A stretch of DNA of 45,319 nucleotides from assembly GCA_964364105.1 (NCBI GenBank), contig CAYILI010000002.1, forward strand, positions 1-45,319, written 5' to 3'. Below the pieces are notes generated by a model. The model was not told where the DNA came from. It saw nothing but the letters and a program-made list of their open reading frames with translations, and ran no database searches. Position 1 is the first letter of the stretch. Each line of letters begins with the position of its first letter. Position numbers and translations under genes: made by a program. Origin of the DNA: an uncultured Gammaproteobacteria bacterium. Lineage in GTDB: Bacteria > Patescibacteriota > Microgenomatia > Levybacterales > UBA12049. Of the stretch, positions 8,618 to 18,053 are shown in pieces.

Positions 8618-8900
8618 GAAGCTTGACGTAAAACACATTGCTAAATTAGCAAATTTAACTCTTTTTGAAGAAGAAGAAAAAAAGTTTGAAAAACAGCTAG
8701 AAGAAACTGTCGAATACATTGAGGGATTAAGTGAAGTTGATACTACTAATATTGAGCCAACTTCTCAAGTTACAGGACTTGAAAATGTCACAAGAGAAGA
8801 TGAAATCTCCCCCTCTCTTTCCCAGGAAGACGCATTAAAAAACGCTAAATCAACTCACAAAGGATATTTCAAAGTGAAAGGTATTCTTAACAATGAATAA
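8616..8900 (+). CDS. gatC: Asp/Glu-tRNA amidotransferase subunit C
   Basis: 94 aa. IAKLANLTL..EE..F..QL..ILEYI..L.EVDT..IEPT pattern typical of GatC. Confidence 0.9.
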   Translation: MKLDVKHIAKLANLTLFEEEEKKFEKQLEETVEYIEGLSEVDTTNIEPTSQVTGLENVTREDEISPSLSQEDALKNAKSTHKGYFKVKGILNNE

Positions 8901-9501
8901 TTCCTCAACTTTCTATATAGTTAGACATTCTGAAACGGATTGGAATGTAAAACATCTTATGCAGGGACATTCAGATTCAGAACTGACATCAAAAGGAATA
9001 AAAGATTCAGGAAAATTAGCAAGGAAATTTAAGTCAATTAATTTTGATTTAATATTTTCTTCAGATCTATCAAGAGCTAGACGAACAGCTGAAGCAATTT
9101 CTTTAGAAAGAGATATTGCATTAAAAACAACAGAACTCATAAGAGAGAGAAGATATGGAGAATTTGAAGGAAAACCAAATACTGAATATGAAGCCGTCAA
9201 TGAGGCGCTTGATAAATTATCAGAAGAACAGAAATATACATACAAGCACTCACCAGGTATAGAAAGCGATGAAGAAGTGGTAAATAGATTTTTAACTTTT
9301 ATAAGAGAGGTTGCTGTAGCAAATCCGGAAAAAACGATTCTTGCAGTTAGTCATGGAGGAATAATGCGGGCTTTTTTGAAGAAACTGGGTTTAAAAAATA
9401 CTATTCGCGGGGGAATTAGAAATAATGCTTACATAAAGCTAGAAACTGATGGAGTTGAATTCGACATTAAGGAAACAAGCGGAATTACATTTTCTGATTA
9501 A
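8893..9501 (+). CDS. Histidine phosphatase (phosphoglycerate mutase-like) family protein
   Basis: RHSETDWN catalytic RHG-type motif, a second SHGG histidine motif, and SDLSRARRTAE. Overlaps gatC by 8 nt. Confidence 0.85.
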   Translation: MNNSSTFYIVRHSETDWNVKHLMQGHSDSELTSKGIKDSGKLARKFKSINFDLIFSSDLSRARRTAEAISLERDIALKTTELIRERRYGEFEGKPNTEYEAVNEALDKLSEEQKYTYKHSPGIESDEEVVNRFLTFIREVAVANPEKTILAVSHGGIMRAFLKKLGLKNTIRGGIRNNAYIKLETDGVEFDIKETSGITFSD

Positions 9502-9502
9502 T

Positions 9503-10933
9503 ATGTTAAATAAATTAAATCTCAAGCAAGCTAGAGAGGGACTAAGGAATAAAGATTTTTCCTCAGTTGAACTGACTAAAGCATGTCTTGAAAGAATAAA
9601 AGCAACTGACGACAAGCTAAATGCTTTCGTGACATTAACTTCAGATGAAGCGCTTAAGAATGCCGAAGCTGCAGATAAAATTTTAGCCTTCCAAGGCCAG
9701 GCCTTGGAAGCTAAACCACTATTGGGGATTCCAATTGCTATAAAAGATAATTTTTCAACTATGGGAATCAGAACTACAGCTTCAGCCAAAGTTCTCGATG
9801 ATTACATTCCCCCATTTGACTCAACTGTTGTCAGAAAATTAAAAGATGCAGGAATTGTAATGCTTGGGAAAACTAATATGGATGCGTGGGCACACGGATC
9901 CAGCACGGAAACCTCTGACTATGGTTCTACAAAAAACCCTTGGAACACTAGTCATTTACCTGGAGGATCCTCTGGTGGCTCTGCAGCGTCAGTTGCCGCT
10001 AATCAATGCATAGCCGCAATCGGAAGCGAAACTGCCGGTTCAATTAGACAACCAGCATCGTGGTGTGGAGTCGTTGGACTGAAACCAACTTATGGCAGAG
10101 TCTCAAGGTATGGAGTTATTGCAATGGGTTCAAGTCTTGATTCACCAGGGCCAATTACAAAAACTGTTGAGGATTCAGCTCTACTTTTAGAAATATTAGC
10201 GGGTCAGGATAAATTGGATTCCACAACCTCTCCTAAGAATGTTCTAAATTACACGAAAAGCATGAAGTCAAATTTCAACGATTTAATAGTCGGAATTTCC
10301 GATGAATATTTTATAGACGGACTTGATCCTGAGGTTGAAAAAGCTGTAAAAGACGCTATTTTAAAACTGGAAAAAATGGGAGCGAGAATCGAGAAGATCA
10401 AACTGTTTGATCCTAAATATGCAATTGATGTCTATACAATTATTCAGCGCTCTGAAGTTTCGTCCAATTTAGCCCGATACGACGGAATTCGTTACGGAAA
10501 AGGAAGAGAAACTTTTGGTGAAGAGGCAAAAAGAAGAATAATGTTTGGAACGCACGCACTTTCTTCAGGATATTATGATCAATATTATAATAAAGCTTCA
10601 AAGGTTAGAAGCGTAATCATAAACGATTTCAAAAAAGCATTTGAAAAAGTTTCGGTTATAATTGCTCCAACATCTCCATCGCTCGCACTCCCAATCGGCT
10701 CAACTAAAAATCAGTCAATGTTTGGAGAATTAGCTGATGTTTTAGTGGAGCCATCTTCAATTGCAGGTCTATCTGGAATTAATATTCCAGTTGGTTTTTC
10801 ATCCAATAACTTACCAATAGGCATGCAAATAATTGGTCCTCAGTGGGGAGAAGAAATAGTTCTTCAAACAGCTTATAAATACGAACAAGAGACTCAAAAT
10901 GAAGATTGGAGAAAAAAAGAACCAGATTTATGA
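9503..10933 (+). CDS. gatA: Asp/Glu-tRNA amidotransferase subunit A
   Basis: Amidase signature (GGSSGGSAASVA, GSETAGSIRQPA). I prefer the ATG at 9503 (MLNKLNLKQAREGL, right after the upstream stop) over the track start at 9449. Confidence 0.9.
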   Translation: MLNKLNLKQAREGLRNKDFSSVELTKACLERIKATDDKLNAFVTLTSDEALKNAEAADKILAFQGQALEAKPLLGIPIAIKDNFSTMGIRTTASAKVLDDYIPPFDSTVVRKLKDAGIVMLGKTNMDAWAHGSSTETSDYGSTKNPWNTSHLPGGSSGGSAASVAANQCIAAIGSETAGSIRQPASWCGVVGLKPTYGRVSRYGVIAMGSSLDSPGPITKTVEDSALLLEILAGQDKLDSTTSPKNVLNYTKSMKSNFNDLIVGISDEYFIDGLDPEVEKAVKDAILKLEKMGARIEKIKLFDPKYAIDVYTIIQRSEVSSNLARYDGIRYGKGRETFGEEAKRRIMFGTHALSSGYYDQYYNKASKVRSVIINDFKKAFEKVSVIIAPTSPSLALPIGSTKNQSMFGELADVLVEPSSIAGLSGINIPVGFSSNNLPIGMQIIGPQWGEEIVLQTAYKYEQETQNEDWRKKEPDL

Positions 10934-10943
10934 TTTAAGATTT

Positions 10944-12266
10944 ATGAATAAATATACGCCAGTAATCGGACTTGAAGTACATGTAGAGCTAAAAACAAAG
11001 TCAAAAATGTTTTGTGGATGTTCTTCAGATTATTTTGGCCAAGAACCAAATACTCACACTTGCCCAGTTTGTCTTGGTCTACCCGGAGCTCTTCCTGTCC
11101 CAAATAAAAAAGCGATTGAATGGTGTATTATGATCGGCCTTGCTCTAAATTGTAAAATCCCCGACTTCTCAAAGTTCGATCGAAAGAATTATTTTTACCC
11201 AGACTTAGCTAAAGGCTATCAAATCTCTCAATACGACCTCCCTTTTGCTGAGAAAGGATTTATAGAGCTTTCAAACGGCAAGACAATTGGCATAACCCGC
11301 GTTCACATGGAAGAAGATACTGGAAAACTTTCGCACGAAACAGTGAATGGTGAAAAAGTTTCTCTAATTGATTTCAACAGATCTGGAGTTCCACTTGTAG
11401 AAATAGTAACTGAGCCTGATTTTGATAACGCAGAGGATGTAAAAGAATACCTTCAGCGACTTCAACAAATAGTTAGATATCTGGAAGTCTCAGACGCAGA
11501 CATGGAAAAAGGAAATATGAGGCTTGAACCAAATATTTCACTTCGCCGCGAAGACCAAACCGAGCTTCCAAATTATAAAGTAGAAGTAAAAAATATTAAT
11601 TCATTTAACTTTGTGAGCCGTGCAATTGAATTTGAAATTAAACGTCATACCGAAATTTTAGATAAAGGTGAAACTCCAGCGCAGGAAACTCGCGGATTCG
11701 TAGAATCAAATAGCTCAACTGTCTCCCAAAGATCTAAAGAAGATGCAAAAGACTATAGATATTTTCCAGAACCTGATATTCCCCCGCTTAGATTTACCGA
11801 GGAATATATTGCAGAGATTGCTTGCCAACTTCCCGAACTTCCACATACAAAGATTAAAAGATTTATAGATACATATGCACTTTCCTCATATGATGCAGAG
11901 ATTCTAACAAGAGACAGATTTACTGCAGATTTCTTTGATACTGCGGCAAATTTTGCTCAAGAACAAGGAATGAAAAGAAAAGAATTGGCAAATTACATTA
12001 TTAACAAAAAGCCAGATCTTTCAAAAACTACACCAGAAGAACTAGTAAAAGCTGTCGCTTCTTCAAACCAAGTTGCGGATGTAGATGAAGCTAAATTAAT
12101 TGAAGTAATTGATAAAGTTTTGTTAGAACAAGCTAAAGCAGTTGCGGACTTCAAAAGCGGCAAAGAAACCGTTATAATGTTCTTAGTTGGCCAAGTTATG
12201 CGCCAATTCCCTGAAAAAATTGATGCAGGGAAAGTTAAGGCGAGTTTACTCGCGAAATTAAAATAA
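10944..12266 (+). CDS. gatB: Asp/Glu-tRNA amidotransferase subunit B
   Basis: MNKYTPVIGLEVHVELKTKSKMFCGC..CPVCLGLPGALP is canonical GatB. I prefer the ATG at 10944 over the track start at 10899. Confidence 0.9.
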   Translation: MNKYTPVIGLEVHVELKTKSKMFCGCSSDYFGQEPNTHTCPVCLGLPGALPVPNKKAIEWCIMIGLALNCKIPDFSKFDRKNYFYPDLAKGYQISQYDLPFAEKGFIELSNGKTIGITRVHMEEDTGKLSHETVNGEKVSLIDFNRSGVPLVEIVTEPDFDNAEDVKEYLQRLQQIVRYLEVSDADMEKGNMRLEPNISLRREDQTELPNYKVEVKNINSFNFVSRAIEFEIKRHTEILDKGETPAQETRGFVESNSSTVSQRSKEDAKDYRYFPEPDIPPLRFTEEYIAEIACQLPELPHTKIKRFIDTYALSSYDAEILTRDRFTADFFDTAANFAQEQGMKRKELANYIINKKPDLSKTTPEELVKAVASSNQVADVDEAKLIEVIDKVLLEQAKAVADFKSGKETVIMFLVGQVMRQFPEKIDAGKVKASLLAKLK

Positions 12267-12267
12267 T

Positions 12268-13092
12268 ATGCCAGACGGATTATCTCCCGAAATTAAAATA
12301 AGTAGAAATCCTCAAACTCAAGCACGGGTAGAAAACGTCAGAGATTCACTTCAACAAAAATTTCCTGAAGCTTCTGAACAACATTTAAATTTTCAAGCAA
12401 GATCAAAGGTTGCAAATGAAATGATGATGAGAATTGTTAGAAGAATGCTTGGAAAAAAAGCACAAAATGCCGAACAAAGAGCAGAAATAGCAGAAGAAAA
12501 CTCCATGACCGACGCACTGACAGGATTAAAGAGCAGAAGATGGTACGACGAGCAGTTAGCAACTAAAATGGCAGCGCTACAAAGACACTCTTCTGAAAAT
12601 CAGGGTTTCTATCTAGCTCTCTACGATTTAGATAACCTAAGACAATGGAATGATCATTTTGGTTATTCAGGAGCAAATGAGGTTCTTAAAAACGTAAAAA
12701 AAATAGGTACTAGACCAGGAGAAGATATCGCGAGAATTGGAGGCGATGAATTTGCTCAATTAATTAATTCTGGAACAAATGAAGAGGAAATACTTACGAT
12801 AGTTAGGAGAAATGCGGATTCTTTTCATCAATCAGGAGAGGAGACAATTCCTGGACTTTCACTAAAAGAAGGAAGACCTACAAACTCACAACCTCCAACA
12901 GAATCTACCTTTTCTGTCGGAATGATAAGAGTAACTCCTGGAATGACCCTGGAAGGAATTCAAAAATTGCAAGAAACCGCTATTGCGAAGGCTAAACTAC
13001 AAAAAGACTCTATCGCAATTTCTAGAGATGGGGTAACGGTAGAATTAGTTCCTAGACACGCTGAACCTACACCACAACCTGTTCAAATTTAA
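12268..13092 (+). CDS. Stand-alone GGDEF-domain protein (putative diguanylate cyclase)
   Basis: DALTGLKSRRWY, YLALYDLDNLRQWNDHFGYSGANEVL, and an intact RIGGDEFAQL. No recognisable sensor domain or TM segment. Starts 1 nt after the gatB stop. Confidence 0.75.
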   Translation: MPDGLSPEIKISRNPQTQARVENVRDSLQQKFPEASEQHLNFQARSKVANEMMMRIVRRMLGKKAQNAEQRAEIAEENSMTDALTGLKSRRWYDEQLATKMAALQRHSSENQGFYLALYDLDNLRQWNDHFGYSGANEVLKNVKKIGTRPGEDIARIGGDEFAQLINSGTNEEEILTIVRRNADSFHQSGEETIPGLSLKEGRPTNSQPPTESTFSVGMIRVTPGMTLEGIQKLQETAIAKAKLQKDSIAISRDGVTVELVPRHAEPTPQPVQI

Positions 13093-13093
13093 T

Positions 13094-16000
13094 ATGGCGG
13101 ATTTTGTACACCTTCATAATCATTCAGAATACTCACTTCTCGATGGTTTATCAAAAATTGACGAAATGGTAGCGCAGGCTAAAGCCTTGGGCATGAAAGC
13201 CCTAGCGATTACTGATCATGGAAATCTTTATGGTGCAATTAAATTTTATAGAGCTTGCAAAGAGGCTGGCATAAAGCCAATTATTGGGTGTGAAATTTAT
13301 ATATCTCGTCGCACACGTCATGATAAAGAAGCTGGACTTGATTCTGATTCTAACCATTTAATTCTACTTGCAAAAAACGATACTGGCTATAAAAACCTGA
13401 TGAGAATTATCTCTATCGCAAATCTTGAAGGTTATTATTACAAACCAAGAAGTGATATGGAGCTTCTCAAACAATACAGCGAAGGCTTAATCTGTCTTAG
13501 TGCGTGCGTAAATGGGTATGTTTCGGAACCGCTTCTCGAAAACCAGGAGGAAACAGCAGAAAAAAGAGCAAAAGCGCTTTCAGAAATTTTTGGAAAAGAT
13601 AATTTCTACTTAGAAATTCAAAAACATTTAAACGTCAAAAAACAAGATGAACTTAATGAAAAACTTATAAAACTTTCCAGAAAACTGGGAATTCCGCTTG
13701 TTGCAACTAACGATAATCACTATGTAAAAAATGGAGACGCAGAAGCTCAAGAAGTACTTCTTTGTATTCAGACCCAATCTACATTAACCACTCCTAATAG
13801 AAAACTCTCCATGATTGACTCCCCTGACTTTTATATGAAGAGTTCTGAGGAAATGACTGGGCTATTTATCCAAACTTCAGATGCAGTTGAAAACACAGTC
13901 AAGATAGCCGATATGTGCGATTTAGAAATTCAGCTGGGAAAATGGATCATGCCTGTATTTGATGTTCCTGATAAAACATCTTCTGGAGATTATTTAAGAA
14001 AATTGGTAAATATTGGACTTAAGAAAAGATATGGAGAAATTACAGAAGAGACAAACAAACGAGCAGAGTACGAACTCTCAATTATTATTGGCAAGAAATA
14101 CGAAACATACTTTCTAATCGTTGCTGACTTTGTGAGGTGGGCTAAATCTCAAGGAATAAGCGTAGGTCCCGGAAGAGGTTCTGCGGCTGGCTCTGTAGTA
14201 TCATATGCGCTTGGAATTACTGACATAGACCCATTCTTTTTTAATCTTCCGTTTGAAAGATTTTTAAATCCAGACCGCCCATCAGCTCCTGATATAGATT
14301 TAGATTTTGCAGATACAAGACGCGATGAGGTTATTGAATATGTCACTAAAAAGTACGGTAAAGATAAGGTGGCTCAAATTATTACTTTTGGAACCATGGA
14401 AGCCAGGGGTTCAGTTAGAGATACGGGGCGAGCTATGGGAATGCCTTATTCAGGACCAGACAGAATTTCCAAAATGATCCCTCCAGGATGGCAAGGACAT
14501 GCTATGACCTTGGATACTGCACTTGAACAAAGCCCTGAGTTAAAGATGGCTTACTCGACAGAGTCTGAAACAAAAAAACTTCTTGATTTAGCAAGAAAAA
14601 CTGAGGGAGTAGCTAGACATGCCTCAGTACACGCCGCCGGGGTTGTGATCGCAGACAAACCCTTAACAGACTACACTCCCCTTCAAAAAGAAACGAACGG
14701 TGACAAGGTTATCACTCAGTATGACATGTACACAGTCGGAGAGGACGGAGTCGGGCTTTTGAAAATGGATTTTTTAGGACTTCGCAACCTAACCATTATT
14801 GAGGAGGCTTTAAACTTTATAAAAATAAATAAAGGAGTTGAAATTGACCTCTCCACCCTCCCTTTGGACGATAAGAAAACATACGACCTTTTATCAGAAG
14901 CAGAAACTACCGGAATATTTCAACTTGAATCAGCTGGAATGCGTCGGTACATTAAGGATCTGAAGCCCACTTCAATTTTTGATCTTATGGCCATGGTAGC
15001 GCTTTACAGACCAGGTCCTATGGCAAATATCCCTGAATTTATCGAAAGAAAAAGAGATTCTTCGAAAATTAAACTCCCGGATAAAAGACTTGAGGAGGCT
15101 CTTAAGCAATCTTACGGGATGCTTGTCTATCAAGACGATGTTTTGCTCACAACTATCGCCATCGCAGGCTATACATGGCTTGATGCAGATAAATTTAGAA
15201 AAGCGATGGGAAAGAAAATTCCTGCTGAAATGAAAAAACAAAAAGAACAGTTTATGACAGGTGCTGTCGCAAACGGATTATCTCAAAAAAAGGCAGAGTC
15301 TATTTTTAATCTTATTGCACCATTCGCAGGATACGGATTTAATAAGGCTCATGCCGCTTGTTATGCAACAATTGCTTACAGAACCGGTTATCTTAAAGCC
15401 AACTTTCCAGTAGAATTCATGACTGCACTTCTCACCGCGGAGTCTAGGGGCACAACAGGTCCTGCAAAAAACGAAAAAATAGCGCAGGCTATAGCTGAAT
15501 GTAAAAGGCTCAATCTTACTGTTCTTCCGCCAAACATAAATAAATCAGGACGGGATTTTACGATTGAGGAAAAAACTATGACAAGATTTGGGCTGTCAGC
15601 TATTAAAAATGTTGGAGAAGCTGCTATTGCAAATATCCTTGAAAACAGGGACAAAGGAGAATTTAAAAGTTTTGAAGATTTCTGTAAAAGAGTAAATCTA
15701 TCAACGATTAACAAGAAAACTATTGAAAGTCTTATAAAAGCTGGGGCCATGGATATTTTTGGAAACCGTGCTCAGCTTTTATCTAACTATTCTGACATTA
15801 TTGAAAATGTGAATCGCATAAAGAAAAATAAAATGGAAGGTCAATCAAGCCTTTTTGGGGAAGAGTCTGAAGAAGAATCAATTCCCAAACCTCAAACTGT
15901 TGGAGACTTCTCTCCAAATGAAAAACTAGCATTTGAAAAGGAATTTTTGGGCTTTTATTTAACATCTCATCCGCAAATGGCAAATTTAATCGCTGTTAAA

Positions 16001-16312
16001 TCTCTAACTAGTCACGACATTTCCCAGCTTGAAGAAGTGGTAGAGGGAAAATTTGTGACTGTGGGCGGAATAATTGAAACAACGCGCAAGATATTTACTA
16101 AAAAAACCGGAGCCGAGATGGCTTTTATTAATATAGCTGACGAAAAAGGAGTGACAATTGAAATAGTGGTATTTCCAAAAGTTTATGACCGACATAAAAG
16201 TCTTATCTCAACAGACTCACTGATAATTGTCGAAGGGAAGCTGGACACAAAAAATGACAGGCCGGTAATACTCGCTGAAAAAATCTCAACGATGAAATAT
16301 TCCCCAGCCTAA
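13094..16312 (+). CDS. dnaE: DNA polymerase III alpha subunit
   Basis: 1072 aa with an N-terminal PHP domain (FVHLHNHSEYSLLDG), a polymerase core (GPGRGSAAGSVVSYALGITDIDP, DIDLDF), HhH and a C-terminal OB fold. Confidence 0.95.
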   Translation: MADFVHLHNHSEYSLLDGLSKIDEMVAQAKALGMKALAITDHGNLYGAIKFYRACKEAGIKPIIGCEIYISRRTRHDKEAGLDSDSNHLILLAKNDTGYKNLMRIISIANLEGYYYKPRSDMELLKQYSEGLICLSACVNGYVSEPLLENQEETAEKRAKALSEIFGKDNFYLEIQKHLNVKKQDELNEKLIKLSRKLGIPLVATNDNHYVKNGDAEAQEVLLCIQTQSTLTTPNRKLSMIDSPDFYMKSSEEMTGLFIQTSDAVENTVKIADMCDLEIQLGKWIMPVFDVPDKTSSGDYLRKLVNIGLKKRYGEITEETNKRAEYELSIIIGKKYETYFLIVADFVRWAKSQGISVGPGRGSAAGSVVSYALGITDIDPFFFNLPFERFLNPDRPSAPDIDLDFADTRRDEVIEYVTKKYGKDKVAQIITFGTMEARGSVRDTGRAMGMPYSGPDRISKMIPPGWQGHAMTLDTALEQSPELKMAYSTESETKKLLDLARKTEGVARHASVHAAGVVIADKPLTDYTPLQKETNGDKVITQYDMYTVGEDGVGLLKMDFLGLRNLTIIEEALNFIKINKGVEIDLSTLPLDDKKTYDLLSEAETTGIFQLESAGMRRYIKDLKPTSIFDLMAMVALYRPGPMANIPEFIERKRDSSKIKLPDKRLEEALKQSYGMLVYQDDVLLTTIAIAGYTWLDADKFRKAMGKKIPAEMKKQKEQFMTGAVANGLSQKKAESIFNLIAPFAGYGFNKAHAACYATIAYRTGYLKANFPVEFMTALLTAESRGTTGPAKNEKIAQAIAECKRLNLTVLPPNINKSGRDFTIEEKTMTRFGLSAIKNVGEAAIANILENRDKGEFKSFEDFCKRVNLSTINKKTIESLIKAGAMDIFGNRAQLLSNYSDIIENVNRIKKNKMEGQSSLFGEESEEESIPKPQTVGDFSPNEKLAFEKEFLGFYLTSHPQMANLIAVKSLTSHDISQLEEVVEGKFVTVGGIIETTRKIFTKKTGAEMAFINIADEKGVTIEIVVFPKVYDRHKSLISTDSLIIVEGKLDTKNDRPVILAEKISTMKYSPA

Positions 16313-16363
16313 CGATTCCTAGACTTTAAATTATACTTTGAAATTATAAACGAATTTTTTTCC

Positions 16364-16388
16364 CTAGCTTGACACCCTTGGGGTGGAA
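16364..16388 (+). repeat. REP-like repeat, upstream flank of the RAYT gene
   Basis: CTAGCTTGACACCCTTGGGGTGGAA with a CACCC-TTG-GGGTG hairpin. A partial tandem copy, TTGACACCC, recurs at 16394..16402. Confidence 0.7.
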
Positions 16389-16393
16389 TTCTG

Positions 16394-16422
16394 TTGACAC
16401 CCACGGAAAATATGATTAATCT
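16394..16422 (+). promoter_or_regulatory. Candidate promoter for the RAYT gene
   Basis: TTGACA (16394..16399), 17 nt, TAATCT (16417..16422). The ATG at 16431 would then be nearly leaderless. Confidence 0.3.
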
Positions 16423-16430
16423 ATGATTAT

Positions 16431-17075
16431 ATGCCTTCAAGAACTGTCCCATTCGTAAACGGACAATACTACCACATATACAACCGCGGTGTAGAAAAAA
16501 GACCTATTTTTAACAGCAGAGTTGACCGACGTCACTTCATGAAAACAATTATTTACTACCAGCTAGAAGGCCCTAAACCAAAGCTTTCCAATTTCTTTAA
16601 GTATAAACTTTTTGAGCCAGATTATAATAAAAGAATAGTTGATATTGCTTGCTACTGTCTCATGCCTAATCACTTTCATTTTTTATTGAAACAGCTAAAA
16701 GATGGCGGGATCACAGAATTCGTAAGTAAATTAACCAATAGTTACACGAAATATTTTAACACCAAAGATAAAAGAATTGGGCCTTTATTTCAAGGGGAAT
16801 TTAAATCTGCATTAGTTGAATCTGAAGAACAGTTATTGCACGTTTCAAGATACATTCATTTAAATCCTTTAGTCTCTTATTTGGTAAAAGACCTTAATTC
16901 CTATGAATGGTCTTCTTATTTAGAATATATTAATGGAAATAAAGGTTTATGCGCTAAGGAAGATATTCTTTCTTTTTTCAAATCACCTGCTGAATATAAA
17001 CAATTTGTTTTAGATCAAGCTGATTACGGAATAACATTGGAAAACATCAAACATCAAATCCTTGAAGAAATCTAG
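16431..17075 (+). CDS. REP-associated tyrosine transposase-like protein (IS200/IS605 Y1 HUH superfamily, COG1943 type)
   Basis: HUH motif in CYCLMPNHFHFLLKQ, GPLFQGEFKS, and a catalytic-Tyr motif VSRYIHLNPL. The gene is bracketed by near-identical 25-nt repeats. Confidence 0.75.
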   Translation: MPSRTVPFVNGQYYHIYNRGVEKRPIFNSRVDRRHFMKTIIYYQLEGPKPKLSNFFKYKLFEPDYNKRIVDIACYCLMPNHFHFLLKQLKDGGITEFVSKLTNSYTKYFNTKDKRIGPLFQGEFKSALVESEEQLLHVSRYIHLNPLVSYLVKDLNSYEWSSYLEYINGNKGLCAKEDILSFFKSPAEYKQFVLDQADYGITLENIKHQILEEI

Positions 17076-17096
17076 CTTTACACCCTTGGGGTGGAA
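17072..17096 (+). repeat. REP-like repeat, downstream flank of the RAYT gene
   Basis: CTAGCTTTACACCCTTGGGGTGGAA, 24/25 identical to 16364..16388 in the same orientation. Its TAG is the RAYT stop codon. Confidence 0.7.
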
Positions 17097-17153
17097 AATA
17101 ACTAAACAGCTATATTTGCATAAAAAAATTCTTAACAATTAATATTCCCCATC

Positions 17154-17182
17154 TTGACGAGGCCATCTTCAGCCTGTAAAAT
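17154..17182 (+). promoter_or_regulatory. Candidate sigma70-type promoter of the atp operon
   Basis: TTGACG (17154..17159), 17-nt spacer, TAAAAT (17177..17182), 14 nt upstream of the atpB ATG. Confidence 0.45.
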
Positions 17183-17195
17183 ATAGAAGATTTAA

Positions 17196-18053
17196 ATGGC
17201 AAGTTTTGCACCGGAGGTGTTTTTCCAGGTAGGAAAGCTTCCGATAACTAATACAGTTCTAAACACCATCTTAGTAGATGGTTTTTTAATTCTCCTAGCA
17301 CTTTCTGTGCGAAGTAAGATCGCACTTATCCCAGGAAAATTCCAAAACATAGTTGAAATGCTTATTGGTGGTTTTTATGGTTTTGTGGAAGGTATATCCG
17401 GAAATAAAACTGCGAAAATTTTTCCCTACTTCATGACTTTTTTCCTGTTTATTCTTGTAGCTAATTGGTCAGGACTAATCCCCGGAATCGCCACATTTGG
17501 AGTTGAGCAAATTGAAACTAGCCACGGAGAAACAACAAAACACATAATTCCCCTTATTCGTCCTCTGACGAGCGATTTGAATGCTACTTTCGCCCTCGCA
17601 TTAATCTCTTTAATTGCAACCCACATTCTCGCAATTAAAACATTAGGAATTAGTGAATACTTATCTAAATTTCTGGCATTTCTTCCGTTTATAATTTCAT
17701 TATTAAAAGGAAAAGCTAAATTTAATTTAAATCCAAAAGACCCTATCGGGTTAGTTGTAGGAGTTGTAACTCCCCTAGTTATGGTATTTGTTGGAGGATT
17801 AGAGCTCGTCTCAGAATTTGTTAAAGCGATCTCGCTTTCTTTCCGTCTTTTCGGAAATGTTTATGCCGGAGAAGTTGTTTTAGAAACAGTTCAGGGATTA
17901 TTTGCTTTTATTTTTCCTCTTCCCTTTTTTATGCTTGAAGTTATCGTAGGTGTCGTGCAGGCATTAGTTTTTGCTATGCTAACAATGGCATTTATGGTAA
18001 TATTATCAACGCCTCATCATGAAGAAGAGGCACATAAGGAGGTGAGTCATTAG
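17196..18053 (+). CDS. atpB: F0 ATP synthase subunit a
   Basis: Multi-TM protein with the conserved LSFRLFGNVYAGE motif (essential Arg). First gene of the atp operon. Confidence 0.9.
   Translation: MASFAPEVFFQVGKLPITNTVLNTILVDGFLILLALSVRSKIALIPGKFQNIVEMLIGGFYGFVEGISGNKTAKIFPYFMTFFLFILVANWSGLIPGIATFGVEQIETSHGETTKHIIPLIRPLTSDLNATFALALISLIATHILAIKTLGISEYLSKFLAFLPFIISLLKGKAKFNLNPKDPIGLVVGVVTPLVMVFVGGLELVSEFVKAISLSFRLFGNVYAGEVVLETVQGLFAFIFPLPFFMLEVIVGVVQALVFAMLTMAFMVILSTPHHEEEAHKEVSH

Noticed and set aside
13094-16312. Intein or intron inside dnaE.
   Set aside because: The 1072-aa length and continuous conserved motifs fit an uninterrupted DnaE. No intein blocks are visible.
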